A stretch of DNA of 35,908 nucleotides, taken from contig CAXIUT010000092.1 of the NCBI GenBank assembly GCA_964035545.1, positions 35,258 to 71,165 on the forward strand, read 5' to 3'. Shown piece after piece: positions 12,304 through 24,842 of this stretch; positions within the stretch are counted from its first letter, which is position 1, and every line of letters begins with the position of its first letter. The position numbers were made by a program, and so were the translations under genes. The notes beneath the pieces were generated by a model. The model had not been told where the DNA came from. It saw only the letters and a list, made by a program, of their open reading frames with translations, and did not search any database. This DNA is from Bugula neritina (taxonomy: Eukaryota > Animalia > Bryozoa).

Positions 12304-13251
12304 TCAATTTTGAGGAGTAATTTGTGAGGCTAGAGGTTCTACTAGACTTTAATCAGTGATATTAGCTGATTTATCTGAATCTGAGAAGTTATAGATTTTA
12401 AGTGTCCAGATAATGGGTATGATATGATTGACGATATTTCCTAGCCAAAGATATATGATAGAATAGGCTTTGTGATTTTAAAATTTAGAAATACAGCTAT
12501 TTTATTAAGAGGGAGAAGGAGCTGCCAGAAAGATAATATCTACAATAATTCTGATAAAACTAATAGAAATCATAATAAAATACTATTTTTTAAGATTATT
12601 TAGAAGTTATTTTTGTAGATGTTTTCCTTAGCTGAAGCGATTCATAAAGATCTTTAAAGAGAACATAAGAACTATATTTACAAGAGCTAGATCGAATAGA
12701 AATATGTATAGAAATATTTTTAGAAGAAATTTATAGTTAAAATCGTACCCAATAAAGATATTGATAAGAATTAAACTTATTATTTGAACTACTATTCTAA
12801 GTTTATAGTAAATTTTCAATAGTTTAAGGAAATTAATTTACCATTTAGGAATTTGAGAAATTGGAAAAGTACTTGTAAGTCCTCTGATAAAGAGAGAACA
12901 AATCTAGAGGAAGAGAGTTTGTTAAATAAAAGTAGGAAAAAATTAAAAGCGAGAAAAAATAAGCATTTAGTCTAAAATATCTTATCCTGTTGCCTTTTAG
13001 TCTGGTAGTAGTTTCGAAAAGAAAATTGCGGCTCCAAAGATTTGTAAAAATCCAAATACTACTGCCCACAGAATGATAAGAATATATATTTTGATAATTG
13101 CCCTTCCATGCTAGCCATATCTCATAACAGTTTTTAGTTTGACTGAGGCTATGACTAGAATAGCCATTATTATAGCAAAATTGATAGTGATGACGATTGA
13201 ATCTTCTAAACTCTTAGCCTACCATTCGCAAAACTGAGACTAACTTGTCAT
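12304..13251 (-). CDS. Seven-transmembrane protein (315 aa; GPCR-like or THH1/TOM1-like topology)
   Basis: Intronless ORF with about seven hydrophobic segments, the last ending NHIIPIIWTL before a polar tail. Family assignment is inferred. Confidence 0.75.
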
Positions 13252-13256
13252 TTATT

Positions 13257-13781
13257 ATGTAATTATAAACAACATAAAAAGATCCTCTTGATAATCACTA
13301 TGATTTCTAAGATTCAGAATTGTTCAAGTTGGAAATCAAGACATCGACTCTACCTTTCTCAGGTATGGGGCTATTTGCTACTAAAAAAATCAGTATCAAT
13401 GAGATCATTGCTGAATATTATGGATCTATTATGAAAACAAAACACTGTATGGATAGGGAATTCACTTATGAAGATAAAATGGTTCAGATTGATTCGTAGG
13501 TATGTGTAGTTAGTCGAGGACCAGCTTCAAGGGCAAACGATATTGTTCGTTGGTAGCCTTAAAATTACAATTCCCCTTAATTTAAAGTTTATCGAAGAAG
13601 ATAAAAGTTTCCAACACATTCTAGCTATTTACATAATGCAAAGATTAGCATTGATTCAAAGCAGAAGGCATTTTTGAAGGCTATTAAAACAATTTAAGCC
13701 GGATAAGAGATTTTTATTGACTATGGATTTTAATATTGGGATTTCTTTTATAAGGATTACCTCAGTCGCAAAAATCTTTGA
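13257..13781 (+). CDS. Stand-alone SET-domain protein (174 aa)
   Basis: LEIKTSTLPFSGMGLFATKKI..EIIAEYYG, ASRAND, HNAKI..AIKTIEAG(TAA=E)EIFIDYGFEYW. Confidence 0.88.
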
Positions 13782-13824
13782 TCTTAATGAAAGTTATGTA
13801 TAAAGTATATTAGATTATGAATAA

Positions 13825-14833
13825 TCAGATATATGAGTGTTTAGACATAGAGATCGAGTGATAATTTTTAGACATTGCTTTGAAATCAGAATTTAAAGGA
13901 AGTTATCTTTACTTTAAGCGAAATATCCTTTTCCATTGGTTTATACAGTTACTTTTGCTGGACAAACAGCACTACCTTTTCTAATAAAATCTTTCGCATA
14001 TGTAGTTTCTATATTAATATAAAAGTACTGAATCTAAGGCGATCTTAGGCTTTTTAATTCTTTTTTTCAACTACTTTAACTTTTTTAGCAAAATATTCTG
14101 GATTAGGTTGAGCAAAGTTATTTTCATAAGTTGTTGTTCCTAGCCAGTTAGAACCAGTTTTAAGTTGATCAGCCATATATTTGTAGTCATCTTTTTTCAA
14201 AGATTTATCAACGAAAGCTCCAGAATATGTACTTTTGCATCTAAGAGGAAATTTCCCTCTAGTATGTCTGTCTGTTGGTTTGACATATTGATTGCCTCCT
14301 TTATGACCTGGATACTGCGTTCCATACGAAGTGATTTTAGGCGCTGGACCTTAAGAATGTAGAAGATCTTCGGGATGAGGATGTTCTACATTTCCTCCAC
14401 TACGACCAGTGAAACCATCGTGATAGGTAGATTTGATATCTAGATGTGGTCCTTTGAGTTGATCATATTCTGGTGAAACAATGACAGGTCCGGTGCATGA
14501 TTTTTGTTGATAGAAACTTTTTTGGTAGACAGTGGCTTTGCTGAGATCTGGTTTGATAACATGCATTTTACAAAGATGCCTGCCACATTGACACTAGTTA
14601 CATAAACAAAGCGAAGGATTATGATGGTTGAAGTTGTACTTAGACAGCTGACGTGAACTTCTATCAAACTAATCATGATTGAATTATGTTCTTAGATGTA
14701 TGGGTTTGTACTTGACGTTGATGCTTTAATCTAGATTGGGATTGGTGATCATTGAATGTTTATTTCTGGTTTTGAATTTAGTTTGTAGTAGTTGTTTGTG
14801 TTTGCGGGTGGGGTAAGGGATATGTGGTCTCAT
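13825..14833 (-). CDS. SAXO/STOP(MAP6)-like microtubule-stabilising protein
   Basis: CLCNECQCGRHLC motif followed by repeated T/S-x-Y-xxx-F/Y units (TVYQKSF, STYHDGF, TSYGTQY, STYSGAF, TTYENNF, TTYAKDF) and a C-terminal CPA. The 3' end and last intron are uncertain. Confidence 0.8.
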
Positions 14834-14935
14834 ATTGCTATTTCTCAATATAAAAATTAATACTCTATTGCTATATTGATAAATTTATTTATATCTCACC
14901 TACCTCGATCCCTATCTTATTTATATCAATTATAT

Positions 14936-15451
14936 ATGCATCAAATTTCACAATCACCCAAAAATATAATAACAACTTGTCTTCTCTTGATGCTAACTGC
15001 TTCTACAGTCTACTATCTGACTCACTACGGATTGATATTGATAGTTTCGATAGCAAAAACCTGTATAACTCTTTTTTATCTTTTGGGAGGGATTTTTACT
15101 GATAAAGTTTGGTTGATCGTTGGCTGGATATTAATGCTAGGTCCATTTAAAAACGTGTCTTTTAATCGAATGGTGTATCGTAGTTTGTTATTGGTTTTGG
15201 AGGTCGATTAGCAGGAATGTTCTATCTGTCTTAATACTGGTTGTGATGCTATAATCTAGTAATGTCATCATTGCTATCATGTCAAATGTTTGTCTCTATG
15301 GCTTAAGCAGAGTTTGACTTGTCCTAATTGTAGAATAACTATTCGCAGTCCTAAATATCAGTTCAATATGGCTTTGATGTGCTATTTTGTGTAGAAAAAG
15401 ACATTGTGGGCTGTGTTTGTCTGTCTGACTTGGTTATTTATAATTTTTTGA
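14936..15451 (+). CDS. Membrane-anchored RING-H2 E3 ubiquitin ligase (171 aa)
   Basis: N-terminal hydrophobic segments, then CSICL..CHHCYHVKCLSLWL....CPNCR, then a C-terminal hydrophobic tail. Confidence 0.85.
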
Positions 15452-15486
15452 TTGTTTTTGATTTATTAATTTATAATAGGCGCGTA

Positions 15487-17483
15487 ATGCTCAATCATAA
15501 CCCTTTCGATACTTTGACTAATAATGGCATTCATCAACTCTTCACTGACTCTTTTGAAGGACAGCAGTTCACTCTTCAGATCATATCTGGTGCACCTAGT
15601 AGAGATTGGAAATCAAAGTAGTTCTTCCTGATTTAGAGTTTATATTTCTGATGGATATACCTGGATCAAAGGAGATTTTGAAGAATAAGCCTATAAACAA
15701 TGTTGCATGAGCGATCTAAAAAATTTTAATTTGATAAGAATCAAGTCGGAAGATATCAAGATGAATCAGTCTAAATATTAATTCAAGCTTAAGAAAATTT
15801 TGGAGATAAAAACCTCTATTCTTAAGATAATTGGAGAACCTATTCCTTACGAAGACTATCTGAAGAGGGTAAAAAGTGTTATATAAAGGGCTTAGAGAAC
15901 AAAGTAGGAAGCAATCAGGTAACAGAGGCCAATTCCTTTATTAAAATCAAAGATGTAAAGAATATGCCACTGGGAAAGGTGTTGGGCTGTGTGATAGGAA
16001 GGGTGATTAAAAAACCTGAGAAGATGAGTAAATTTTTGAATATTAATATTGAGGATGAAGAACAATAGAGAATTCAGGTTTGTTTTTTTGGAGGAATAGC
16101 TGATAAGTATTTTCCAATGCTTATTTGGGGAGCTTGGTATCGTTTTTAGGACCCTTTTTTGCAGATAAACAAGATGTCAAGTGATACTCTATAACTCAAA
16201 ATAACTGAGTATTCCAGAATAGAGAAGCATCGGATGATTTTGCAGAAAAAAGAATAATCTATTGGGATATTAAAGATAAACAACTTATCTCCTGTTGTAT
16301 CTGACAAAAAGAACTCAAAAAATAAGATAATACAAAGGGTGAATGAGATAGAATTTAACTAAAAAAACTTCATTAATTGTTAGAGCGTTAACTAAAATTT
16401 AGATTACTTCACAATAGCTCGTATTTTAAGTATAAAGAATATAACAGGATTACTGGGTAGGATTTGTAGTTGCGTTGATCGGCATGGAAGTTTGATAGAA
16501 ATAACTATTTGGAAAGAGTATGATTATGTTCACTTGCAGATCAATGAGACTTATCGTTTTGGATTAATGAGGCTTAAGTTATTTCGAGATCAGTTGTCTT
16601 TGACTTCTAGAAAGAGTAGTACTACTATTGATGTTTGTTTGGTAAAATTTATAGAAAAAGTTAGTTGGTCGATTCTAAAAATCTTGATTTATAAGATTTA
16701 GAGACTCATAATGGAAAATAAAAAATCTTAAAAGAAAATTAGTTTATAATGTCCATTTAGTAGACTTTGGATCATTTTAAAACTGGCGAAGAGAAGTATT
16801 CGATAACTTCTGGTAATTTGTTAATACCTTTACCTCCTTTGGGAAATAATCTCTAGCACAAAGAAGATATTCGTAAGAAATTATTTTATATAAATTGTTA
16901 GAAATGTCTTGCTAAATCAGATCCTGTTTTGTAGTAGGATGATAGATTGGTTTGTTCGTTGTGTAGTTAGTCTAAGTTGAAAGTTATGTGGAATATTAAA
17001 GGTAAAATAGTTGATTTGGAACATTAAATATTTTGTTCTATGAACTCTTAAGTGATAGAACACTTGATCTAAGTATAGCCAAAATAAGGTTTATACCATT
17101 ATATGAAAGAACCGTTGAAAGTGATTAAATTTTTACGCAGAAATTTGCATTTGATGGAGGGAGTGTTCAAACTAAATATCAAACAGACTGCGGGTAGAAA
17201 ATTTTATAATATTATTGATAATTATTACTTTGTGGAGGATAGTATGCTAAGCAAATCAAAAAGTCAATTGAACATGGCTATTTGTCTAAACAACGAGGCT
17301 ATGAGATTGATGTAGATATAGGCAGTAGAGAGGCGTAAAAGGGTGCCTAATATATATAGATTTCGGCTAAATCCGGGTGACATGAAAAAAGTGAAATATG
17401 AAAGAAGGGTTATTATAGAAGAATAGGACGATTCCAGTTCTAGTTCTGATTCTTCTGATGATAGAAACAAATGGTATTTATGA
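15487..17483 (+). CDS. Divergent RPA1(RPA70)-family multi-OB-fold ssDNA-binding protein
   Basis: RPA70N-like LTNNGI..FTLQII..VYISDG..IIGEPIPY. OB-A IGRVIKK..NINIEDEE..IQVCFFGGIADKYFPML. OB-B VDRHGSLIEITIW. OB-C with Zn ribbon FYINCEKC...CSLC..WNIKGKIVD. About 3 short introns. Confidence 0.8.
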
Positions 17484-17503
17484 AATAGATATGATTTAAA
17501 TTA

Positions 17504-20500
17504 TCATTTGAAAAGACTATTGGAAAAGCTGAAATCATTCAGCTGTTAAGTATTAATTGAACTTACCTTCTACTATAACTTCTTTAAGATCTTTTTGCTC
17601 TACGGCTAGATAGTCACCTTCGATTTTGGAAGTTTTACGTGGCATTCTTCCAAGTAATCAGTAAAAGATGTATTGAACGGAGGATTTATACTCTATATAT
17701 CATGCTAGTGCCATTTACTTATTATCAGATCGCAAACTTTGTTCCTAAGTCCTATGCTTGGTGCTAGTTTTCCATTATAATTCAAAAAGGTGAGGCCGAT
17801 GACTGACATGGATCGATTCCAGCTAGTTTTGATTCTGAGAGGAGCAAATTAGCCTGTACCAAGTTCGTTAAACTAAATAATAATAGTTATTACTTTATGG
17901 TTGATATCTAGGAGAGTTGGACTTTTGACTTTATCTATTGAGCTGTTAGTCCCCCACCAATATATCTTTTTGTTTGATAGCATGAGAATAGAACTGTTGT
18001 ATGAGGCTGCCACTTGTATGGGATTATAATTTTTAATTTAAATGAAATCTAGTATTTTAGGTTGTTCTACACTATGTAGATTATTGTGTCCAAGTTGTCC
18101 ATGTTTTCCACTTCCAAAAGAATAAACTTTTCTGGATGAGGTTCTCAGGATGGTATGATTGATGCCACAGGCAACTTCAATAACTCTTTAATTGTTTTGA
18201 GGTAATTTAACAAGTTTAAGAATATCAGATTTACACTAAAATAACTTTCCATTTTCTATTATCATTTACTTACCCACTGAATTGTATATTTTAGGCTCTT
18301 TTTTCTTATCAACCTGACTATCTTCATAAATTATATCTAAAGAATTATCCACTATTTTGATCTTTTACATTCTATTGTATTGTGGCTTTATTGTATTTAT
18401 GTTCTAATAGGTTTTGTACTAGCTGTTCATTCCCCATACATAGAGTTTGTTTGTACTGGCAGCTACTGTAAAAGTCTATCCTACTTCTAGAGTTTGAATA
18501 GGATTGTCTTTTTATAGAGTTTATTTGACGACTTGGAAGTAGTTGAGGAGCCAGCTGTTGTCGGGATAGCAGAGATCGAGATCGATGAAGGTTTAAAAGT
18601 CTACTATGATATAGAATATAGGACATTTTTATCTATATTTTTGAATATAGTTGTTATAGAGTAATCTTAAAGAGTTTTGCATTGAATTTTGATAAAGAGC
18701 ATTACAAATGTTAAGATTTTGGTCGTTAAGACTATATTGGTATTATCCGAAATTGATTTAGAATATTTATTTGGCAGTATTTTTGTTAAAATAATATTAT
18801 CGATATGCTTTTTGAATGACAATGGCTGCTTTTCTTAAATTTATAAACTTTTGTCTATAAATCCATGATCTGATAACTCTTTGAGTAAAACATATTTTTT
18901 TTATTAATTTTTAGTATTTAGTCCATTGTTGAAATCCTTTTATATATTTAATAAGTTTATTATGATATAGATTAGTTATTTTTTTATGAGTATTGAGATT
19001 GGCTTTATTAATATTATTTTTTTATTTAATTTGTATAATAAAGCTTTTAAGATATTTTTATAATATATTTTTTCTTTTTATTACTATTTTTCTCCAAGAT
19101 TTATCTATTATTATATTTTTTATCTTATTTATTGAAGCATATTTTGTTATATTTTTTCTTAATTGATATTTTTTTATTAAATTTATTATCTTTTGTAGTG
19201 ATAATAATACTTTTTATTTATTCTTTTTACTTATTGATTTCTTCATATATGCCTGAATTATTAATACGTTCTTTATCCTTTTCTAATTCTTCAATGTCCT
19301 CAACTTCACCTTTATCAATCTTTGAATAGTTACTAATCCTAAATATATTCTATTAAATCTATTACTAGCAACCATAGATTTCATATACTTTTTAATAGTT
19401 TTACTACCTGATCTCATTTTAGCTAATTTCCTAGAAAATAAATAAGAGTGTATTCTTTTTTGTATTAATGCGCAACTAGTATTCATTTGTTCTAGATACA
19501 AGGCATATTTTTTACTAAAAGTAGTAAAGGCATAATCTTTGAAGAAAACCATAGCAGTTCCGTATAAAATATCATCTTACCCATACCTAGGTAGACATTA
19601 TTGTATTCTTTATGCTATTTCTTTAGGAAATGCTTACATAGTATAATAAAACCTAACCATCCATTTGAATCTTCTATCTATTGCTTGATAAGATAATTTA
19701 ATACAATATCCTATCTTTTTTAATTTTATTGTATCTAATATGCCTAAATAGCATATCTGATTGTAAACTACTTCATCTTACATTGTTAATGGCTTTTTCT
19801 ATGAATTTGATTTTACACAGCGAATGAAATGAAGGTTACTTTTACCTATTAAATCGCTCATTAAGTTGTTTATTTCGTGTCGAAATTTAGTTGATAAAAA
19901 CTTTCTATACTTATGGTTTGTTTTACTTCCTTCCTATTTTGATTATCTGAACATAGAAGCAAGGCTATCAATACCTGACGATCCCATTGCCTGTTTGATT
20001 TATTCTCTGACAAGGTCTCTGTTCTTATCTCTGAATCCAAGAACTGTATATTCTATGTCTTTTGGGGAATGCTTGATGAGGAACATGGTAGAGGGTAGGT
20101 TGAAGTTTGAGGGAGGAAATTTGGGTTGTTTTTTATGTTTATGTCTGAGTTTAGTGATAAAACTTGAGTCATCTGGAGAGGCGACTGCACACCACTAATC
20201 AAGAAGGTTAAAGATGCTGAGTTGTTAGTAATCTATGAGTTCTAGAACTTGTATGTTATCAATATAGGGTATATTTTTGAATTTATGTAAAAGTCCTTAT
20301 TTTTTGAACAACATCTATTCTTCTTTAAATATTTTAGTTAGATAGATTTGATGGAGCCTTTCATTAGTATAGTTGATAAATAGTTGTTCTAGACTGTTAT
20401 TTTATAAAATTTAGAAACCATAAATATCTAAAAATCCTAGATTGACCATATTCTCATTGCCTTAGTAAGTTGATAATGAGTTTATTTCGTTGATAATCCA

Positions 20501-21806
20501 TTGAAATAATTTTTAGTATAATATTTTAGCTAGTGAATTTATGAGTTATTGCATTTATCTTCCATTGAAATATTTTGTTAAAATTTAACTGCCTATCTTT
20601 ATCTGATAACAAGTTAAAGCATTACTAAGAGTCTTTTTCTTTATCTTTAACAATTAACATATCTGATCCAAGACCTATTCATTTGATATCCTGCAAATAT
20701 CTATATTTTATGCTTATTACCTTCGTTTTAGCTTTAGTAAGGAACCAGATTGCCTAGAAGAAGTGTTGATGATAGTACTTTACAAACAAAATCGTAAACG
20801 TCTCCTGTTTCAAGTGTAAGTAGACTTTTTTTTACTTTTTAAAAGCTAATATCTGGATGTTGTTCATACTTAGTAACTGTTTTAGACCTCAAGTAGTTGA
20901 AATCTTCCATTTTGTATTATTTTCCTTGGGGACTACATAAAAAATACTTAGTTTTTTCAAAGTGAGTAAGTCCTTTGAGTAGCTAATAAAAGATATGGAA
21001 ATTTTGTTAATTATCAGCTCTACTGATGATTCTTGACTTCTCTAACAAATAATTAAAAATTCTAACATATTTGACTTCTAATTTAGAATTGAGTGACAAA
21101 CTGAGATATTTACCAAACCTGGATGAGTTGTTATTTCTGATGGTTTTGGAGTTGCCAAAAGCTTAAAGGATGGGATTGCTTAAACTGAGTACGTTATCTA
21201 TTTTTTAATCAATGCTGGCATGAGATTGTCTGAAATAGTATTGTAAAAATCTGAGACATTACTTGTTGGCTTATGTTTTACCTGCTCCTGACTACCCGCT
21301 GATAATGACTGCTTGATCTGAATTTGTTTTATGGAGCTAGCATAGCATATTGGAGGCAATTGAGTAGAGATGAGGCTAGAACTATTTTATCAAAGAGGTA
21401 CTTATTTGGCATTATCTTATGCCTTGATAATTTCTTATATGTAAAAATCTTTTAGTGTGTCTGAATAGAGTCCTTGGATGGGTGTGTATGGGTTGACAGA
21501 AATTATAGAGTTTTAGACAAAAGTGTAGATTCTGTTATTTTATAGACGTAGTTTTAGTGTTTTTAGAACTTATGGTTCATTGAGGACGTCTGTGTCCATT
21601 AAATCCCATCTATCTGGAGAAAATTGCTTATAAGCTGGATTTCTTTGAAATATTGATGTTTTTTTAGTTTGTGAGTAATTTCCATCTTAGAGTTGGCAAA
21701 TGACTATTTAGTTATTGATTGATTATACTATAGCTTTGAAGAAAGAACCTGTTTTTAGTATCCATACGGGTTCTTTTGGTGCTAGCCAGTGATATTAGTT
21801 CATCAT
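17504..21806 (-). CDS. Myosin heavy chain with IQ motifs and RCC1-repeat tail (~1400 aa)
   Basis: P-loop ISG(E)SGAGKT(E)A, IL(E)[18 protein letters not shown] and switch II LDIYGF(E). IQ motifs [29 protein letters not shown]1 repeats [32 protein letters not shown]. The frame is continuous from head to RCC1 tail. Confidence 0.92.
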
Positions 21807-21964
21807 TATAATTCAAATCAATAAAAACAACCAAATTTGAACTTTTCTATTTTTCAGATATTTTTTAGTAATTTTAGATTATTATGAAAATTTGATAAAT
21901 AAATAGATGGTAGTAAATAGAAGAATAGAACAATTATTAATTATTAATTTCTATTCTAAAGAAA

Positions 21965-22453
21965 ATGTCTTCATTGGTATTGTTTCTTATTTTATTAGCT
22001 TGGACTACTTCTGGAGCACTCATATTCTTTCCCTAGCTGCCTGTTGACCTACGTACTCTATATAAAGCTCAAATTGCTTTGAATAGATGGAAAAGATGTC
22101 TAGATAAAACCTATGGAACTTCCAAAGAATCTCCTTAGAGGATAAAAAAAAGAACAGATCTAGTAATTGGTCAGTTAGTGAAAGTGAAGAAACAGTTAGA
22201 TGCCTACAATAATGTGATTCTTGGTTCTAACAATGGATTATTGGGATCAAAGAACTTGATCATAGGAAATAAAAATTCAGTGTTCGGAGATGACAACTTT
22301 ATTTTTTCTGAGGGATTTCACTATACTGATGTGAATGGCAGACCTGAAAAGGCGATTAGCAATGTTTTGGTGAATGATAATTGGGTGGCTGAGTTGAATA
22401 AGAGAAAAAAAATTCTATAAAGATTACATAGTGTAATATATTCCTGGAAATGA
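21965..22453 (+). CDS. Predicted secreted protein with N-x-V/I-x-G heptad repeats (162 aa)
   Basis: Signal-peptide-like MSSLVLFLILLAWTTSGA; repeats NNVILGS NNGLLGS KNLIIGN KNSVFGD DNFIFSE. Confidence 0.8.
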
Positions 22454-22474
22454 TTTTTTTACGTCATATTTAAT

Positions 22475-22971
22475 ATGTTTTAAAACAATTCTTTTCATTC
22501 TTTTAGACTGTTTTGTTTAAAGATATAAAAGACACTCAACTAAATGGAAGGGTATTCGAGTCAGTATAAGGTAGATGTGGTTGTAGATAGGTTTTTGAGC
22601 ACTATTTGGCTAAGGAGCATGATGCTGAATATTTGTAGGTCGTGAATATTGATGAGTTTAGAATAATAAAAATTAATTTATGTTATTCGATAGCTTATCG
22701 AATTCCTGTTTTATACTTTATGGTTTATACGACGGATAGCCAGCCTCTATCTATTGAGTAGATTTACAAAAAATATTTAAATAAAAATGAAGAAAATAAT
22801 GAGCTGCATCCTCAAAATGAACAAAAAGGCATTTATTTAAGTCAAAATCCAATAAATAAGTAGTACTTTTATACTTTACATCACTGTGAGATGTAGATGG
22901 AGATATAGCGACTGATCCCATTTTATTTGAGTTTATTGAATCTTCATCCTCCTTTGATCATTTAGAAGTGA
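22475..22971 (+). CDS. ATG10: Atg10/Atg3-family autophagy E2-like enzyme (Atg10-like, 158 aa)
   Basis: INLCYSIAYRIPVLYFMVY..DSQPLSIEEIY...FYTLHHCE resembles the Atg10 YSxSYxVPVLYF and HPC motifs. One 20-nt intron. Confidence 0.72.
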
Positions 22972-23023
22972 TGTTATACAAACTTTTATTATTTAAAACC
23001 GTATAGTTATCGACTTTCGATTA

Positions 23024-23471
23024 ATGTACTAAGGAAAACCTATCCTGAAAAAAGTTAAACAAATCAACTTCAACAATCCCACTCTGTACTACTTCGGCCA
23101 TTTAGAAATTCAAGGGCTATCAATAGTATCATCTACCAATCAAAACCAACATCACCCGTACACTCTAAAAACTTCAAAAACAACTAGAACTTTAAAGACT
23201 CATTGTAGCAGACAGTGTAGCAGCATGATAAGATGGGTAGGTTGTCTTCTACTCCGAGGTAGTTGAGTTTGGATCGTTCTGATAATAAGAATAACCTGAA
23301 ATCTCAAAATTTATATTATAATAAGCGAGAGGTGATGGGCAAGATAACTCAGATTCCAATGGAAGGAAGATTTAACGCGATAAGTTTTTTGTAGGATCGA
23401 TGTAGGTATTTATTAATACAGCTATAAAAACTAAACAAAATAGGGCCTATGATATCATCAAAAATATATGA
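23024..23471 (+). CDS. Hypothetical protein (~135 aa)
   Basis: Frame restored by two 20-nt GT-AG introns; ends RAYDIIKNI-TGA. Confidence 0.55.
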
Positions 23472-23474
23472 TTC

Positions 23475-23590
23475 ATACTATTGATTTACTATTGATATAA
23501 ATTTATACTATTGATTTACTATTGATTTATACTATTGATTTACTATTGATTTATACTATTGACGTATTCTATTGATTTATACTATTGATA
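23475..23590. repeat. Minisatellite, 9 copies of CTATTGA core in mostly 11/13-nt units
   Basis: TACTATTGATT(TA) repeated directly in the sequence. Confidence 0.92.
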
Positions 23591-23637
23591 TTTGCAATAG
23601 ATGATGATTGATAGATTATTACAAAGATATAATAGCA

Positions 23638-24756
23638 ATGGAGGCAGATACAAAGTTGAATCTCTAGGTGGAGTAGATAACAGTGAAATTAAAAAAGAGA
23701 TATAATAAGGTGCTAACTATTTACCCCTTACCTAATAAAACCTTTGCCATGTTGGTGATGATAGGCATAGGAAAAGATGCTGTAGTTCATTGCGACATAG
23801 ATGGCAACATCCTTTATGAATATAAATTCTAATACCCAATATCTGATTCAATGGTGATGGTGAACAGTGAGTAGGTGGTAGTTTTGTAGTCGAGATAGAA
23901 TCAGGTGACTGTGATTAATATGAGTAGTCATTTGAGCTATCAGATTCCTTTCAATTTTATTAATTAAGAATCTGATCAAAATACTATCATTTCATTTAAC
24001 CATTCTAAATATGTGTGTGTAGTCTAAAATGGAAGATACAATGATAATCGATTCAAGTTGAGCTACTTTTCTACTCCTCTTTCTTAGCTTTCTAGACCGA
24101 TAGAAATATATTAATCTGATACTTAGTGGAATATACAATATCTAATTAAAAAGGGAAATTAAGATTCTATGATAGTTTGGTTTAAAGTCAGACATGATTT
24201 GTAATTTTAGATTAAAACTTTTTGTCTTACATAAAATAAAGGTCTTTTCAATCACTATAAAATAAAAAATACAATTGGAGTTCCTTACGACCATCCGACC
24301 TAGCTCCAGACAGCATTGATAAACGTGTGGCAGATAGATGCTAATAGATATTGTTTGGTATGTAATACTTAAAAGACAAATCATGCCTTTAAGAACAAAC
24401 AAGGAGTGGTCAATAATAATTTTATCTGGAACGTTCAAACTAACTAGCTGAGAGAAGCAAATTTCTTTTTCGATTAAAAATATAATGACTTCTTGATAGA
24501 TGTTCACTCTTTTGGTTAGTATTCTGTCTTTAGAACCTATTTTTTTGATATAAATGGACAAGTATAAACTTCTCCCTGCTACTATGTGCATAATAAAAGT
24601 TAAAAGATTGTTGCTGTTGATAGCTGGTAGTGTACTTATCTGACCAAGTGCTAGTACCCTGGATATTGTAAGATCGTGGTGGAAGTTGATTATGAGAATG
24701 GAGAGGTGGATTGGTTCAAAATGAAAATCAAACAGCTGCTATAAGTTAAAAAGTGA
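23638..24756 (+). CDS. Hypothetical beta-rich protein, possible beta-propeller (372 aa)
   Basis: Intronless ORF under UAR=Glu with alternating short hydrophobic strands. The fold is a guess. Confidence 0.65.
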
Positions 24757-24842
24757 TATCCGTAATTTATGATCATTATAAGATTAAACTAATATAAGTA
24801 TCAGGTTAGAAGTTGTTAATTTTAATATAGAAGTTATAAAAA

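Noticed and set aside
23475-23590. CRISPR-like array
   Set aside because: Units are 11-19 nt with no unique spacers, the context is eukaryotic, and there are no cas genes.
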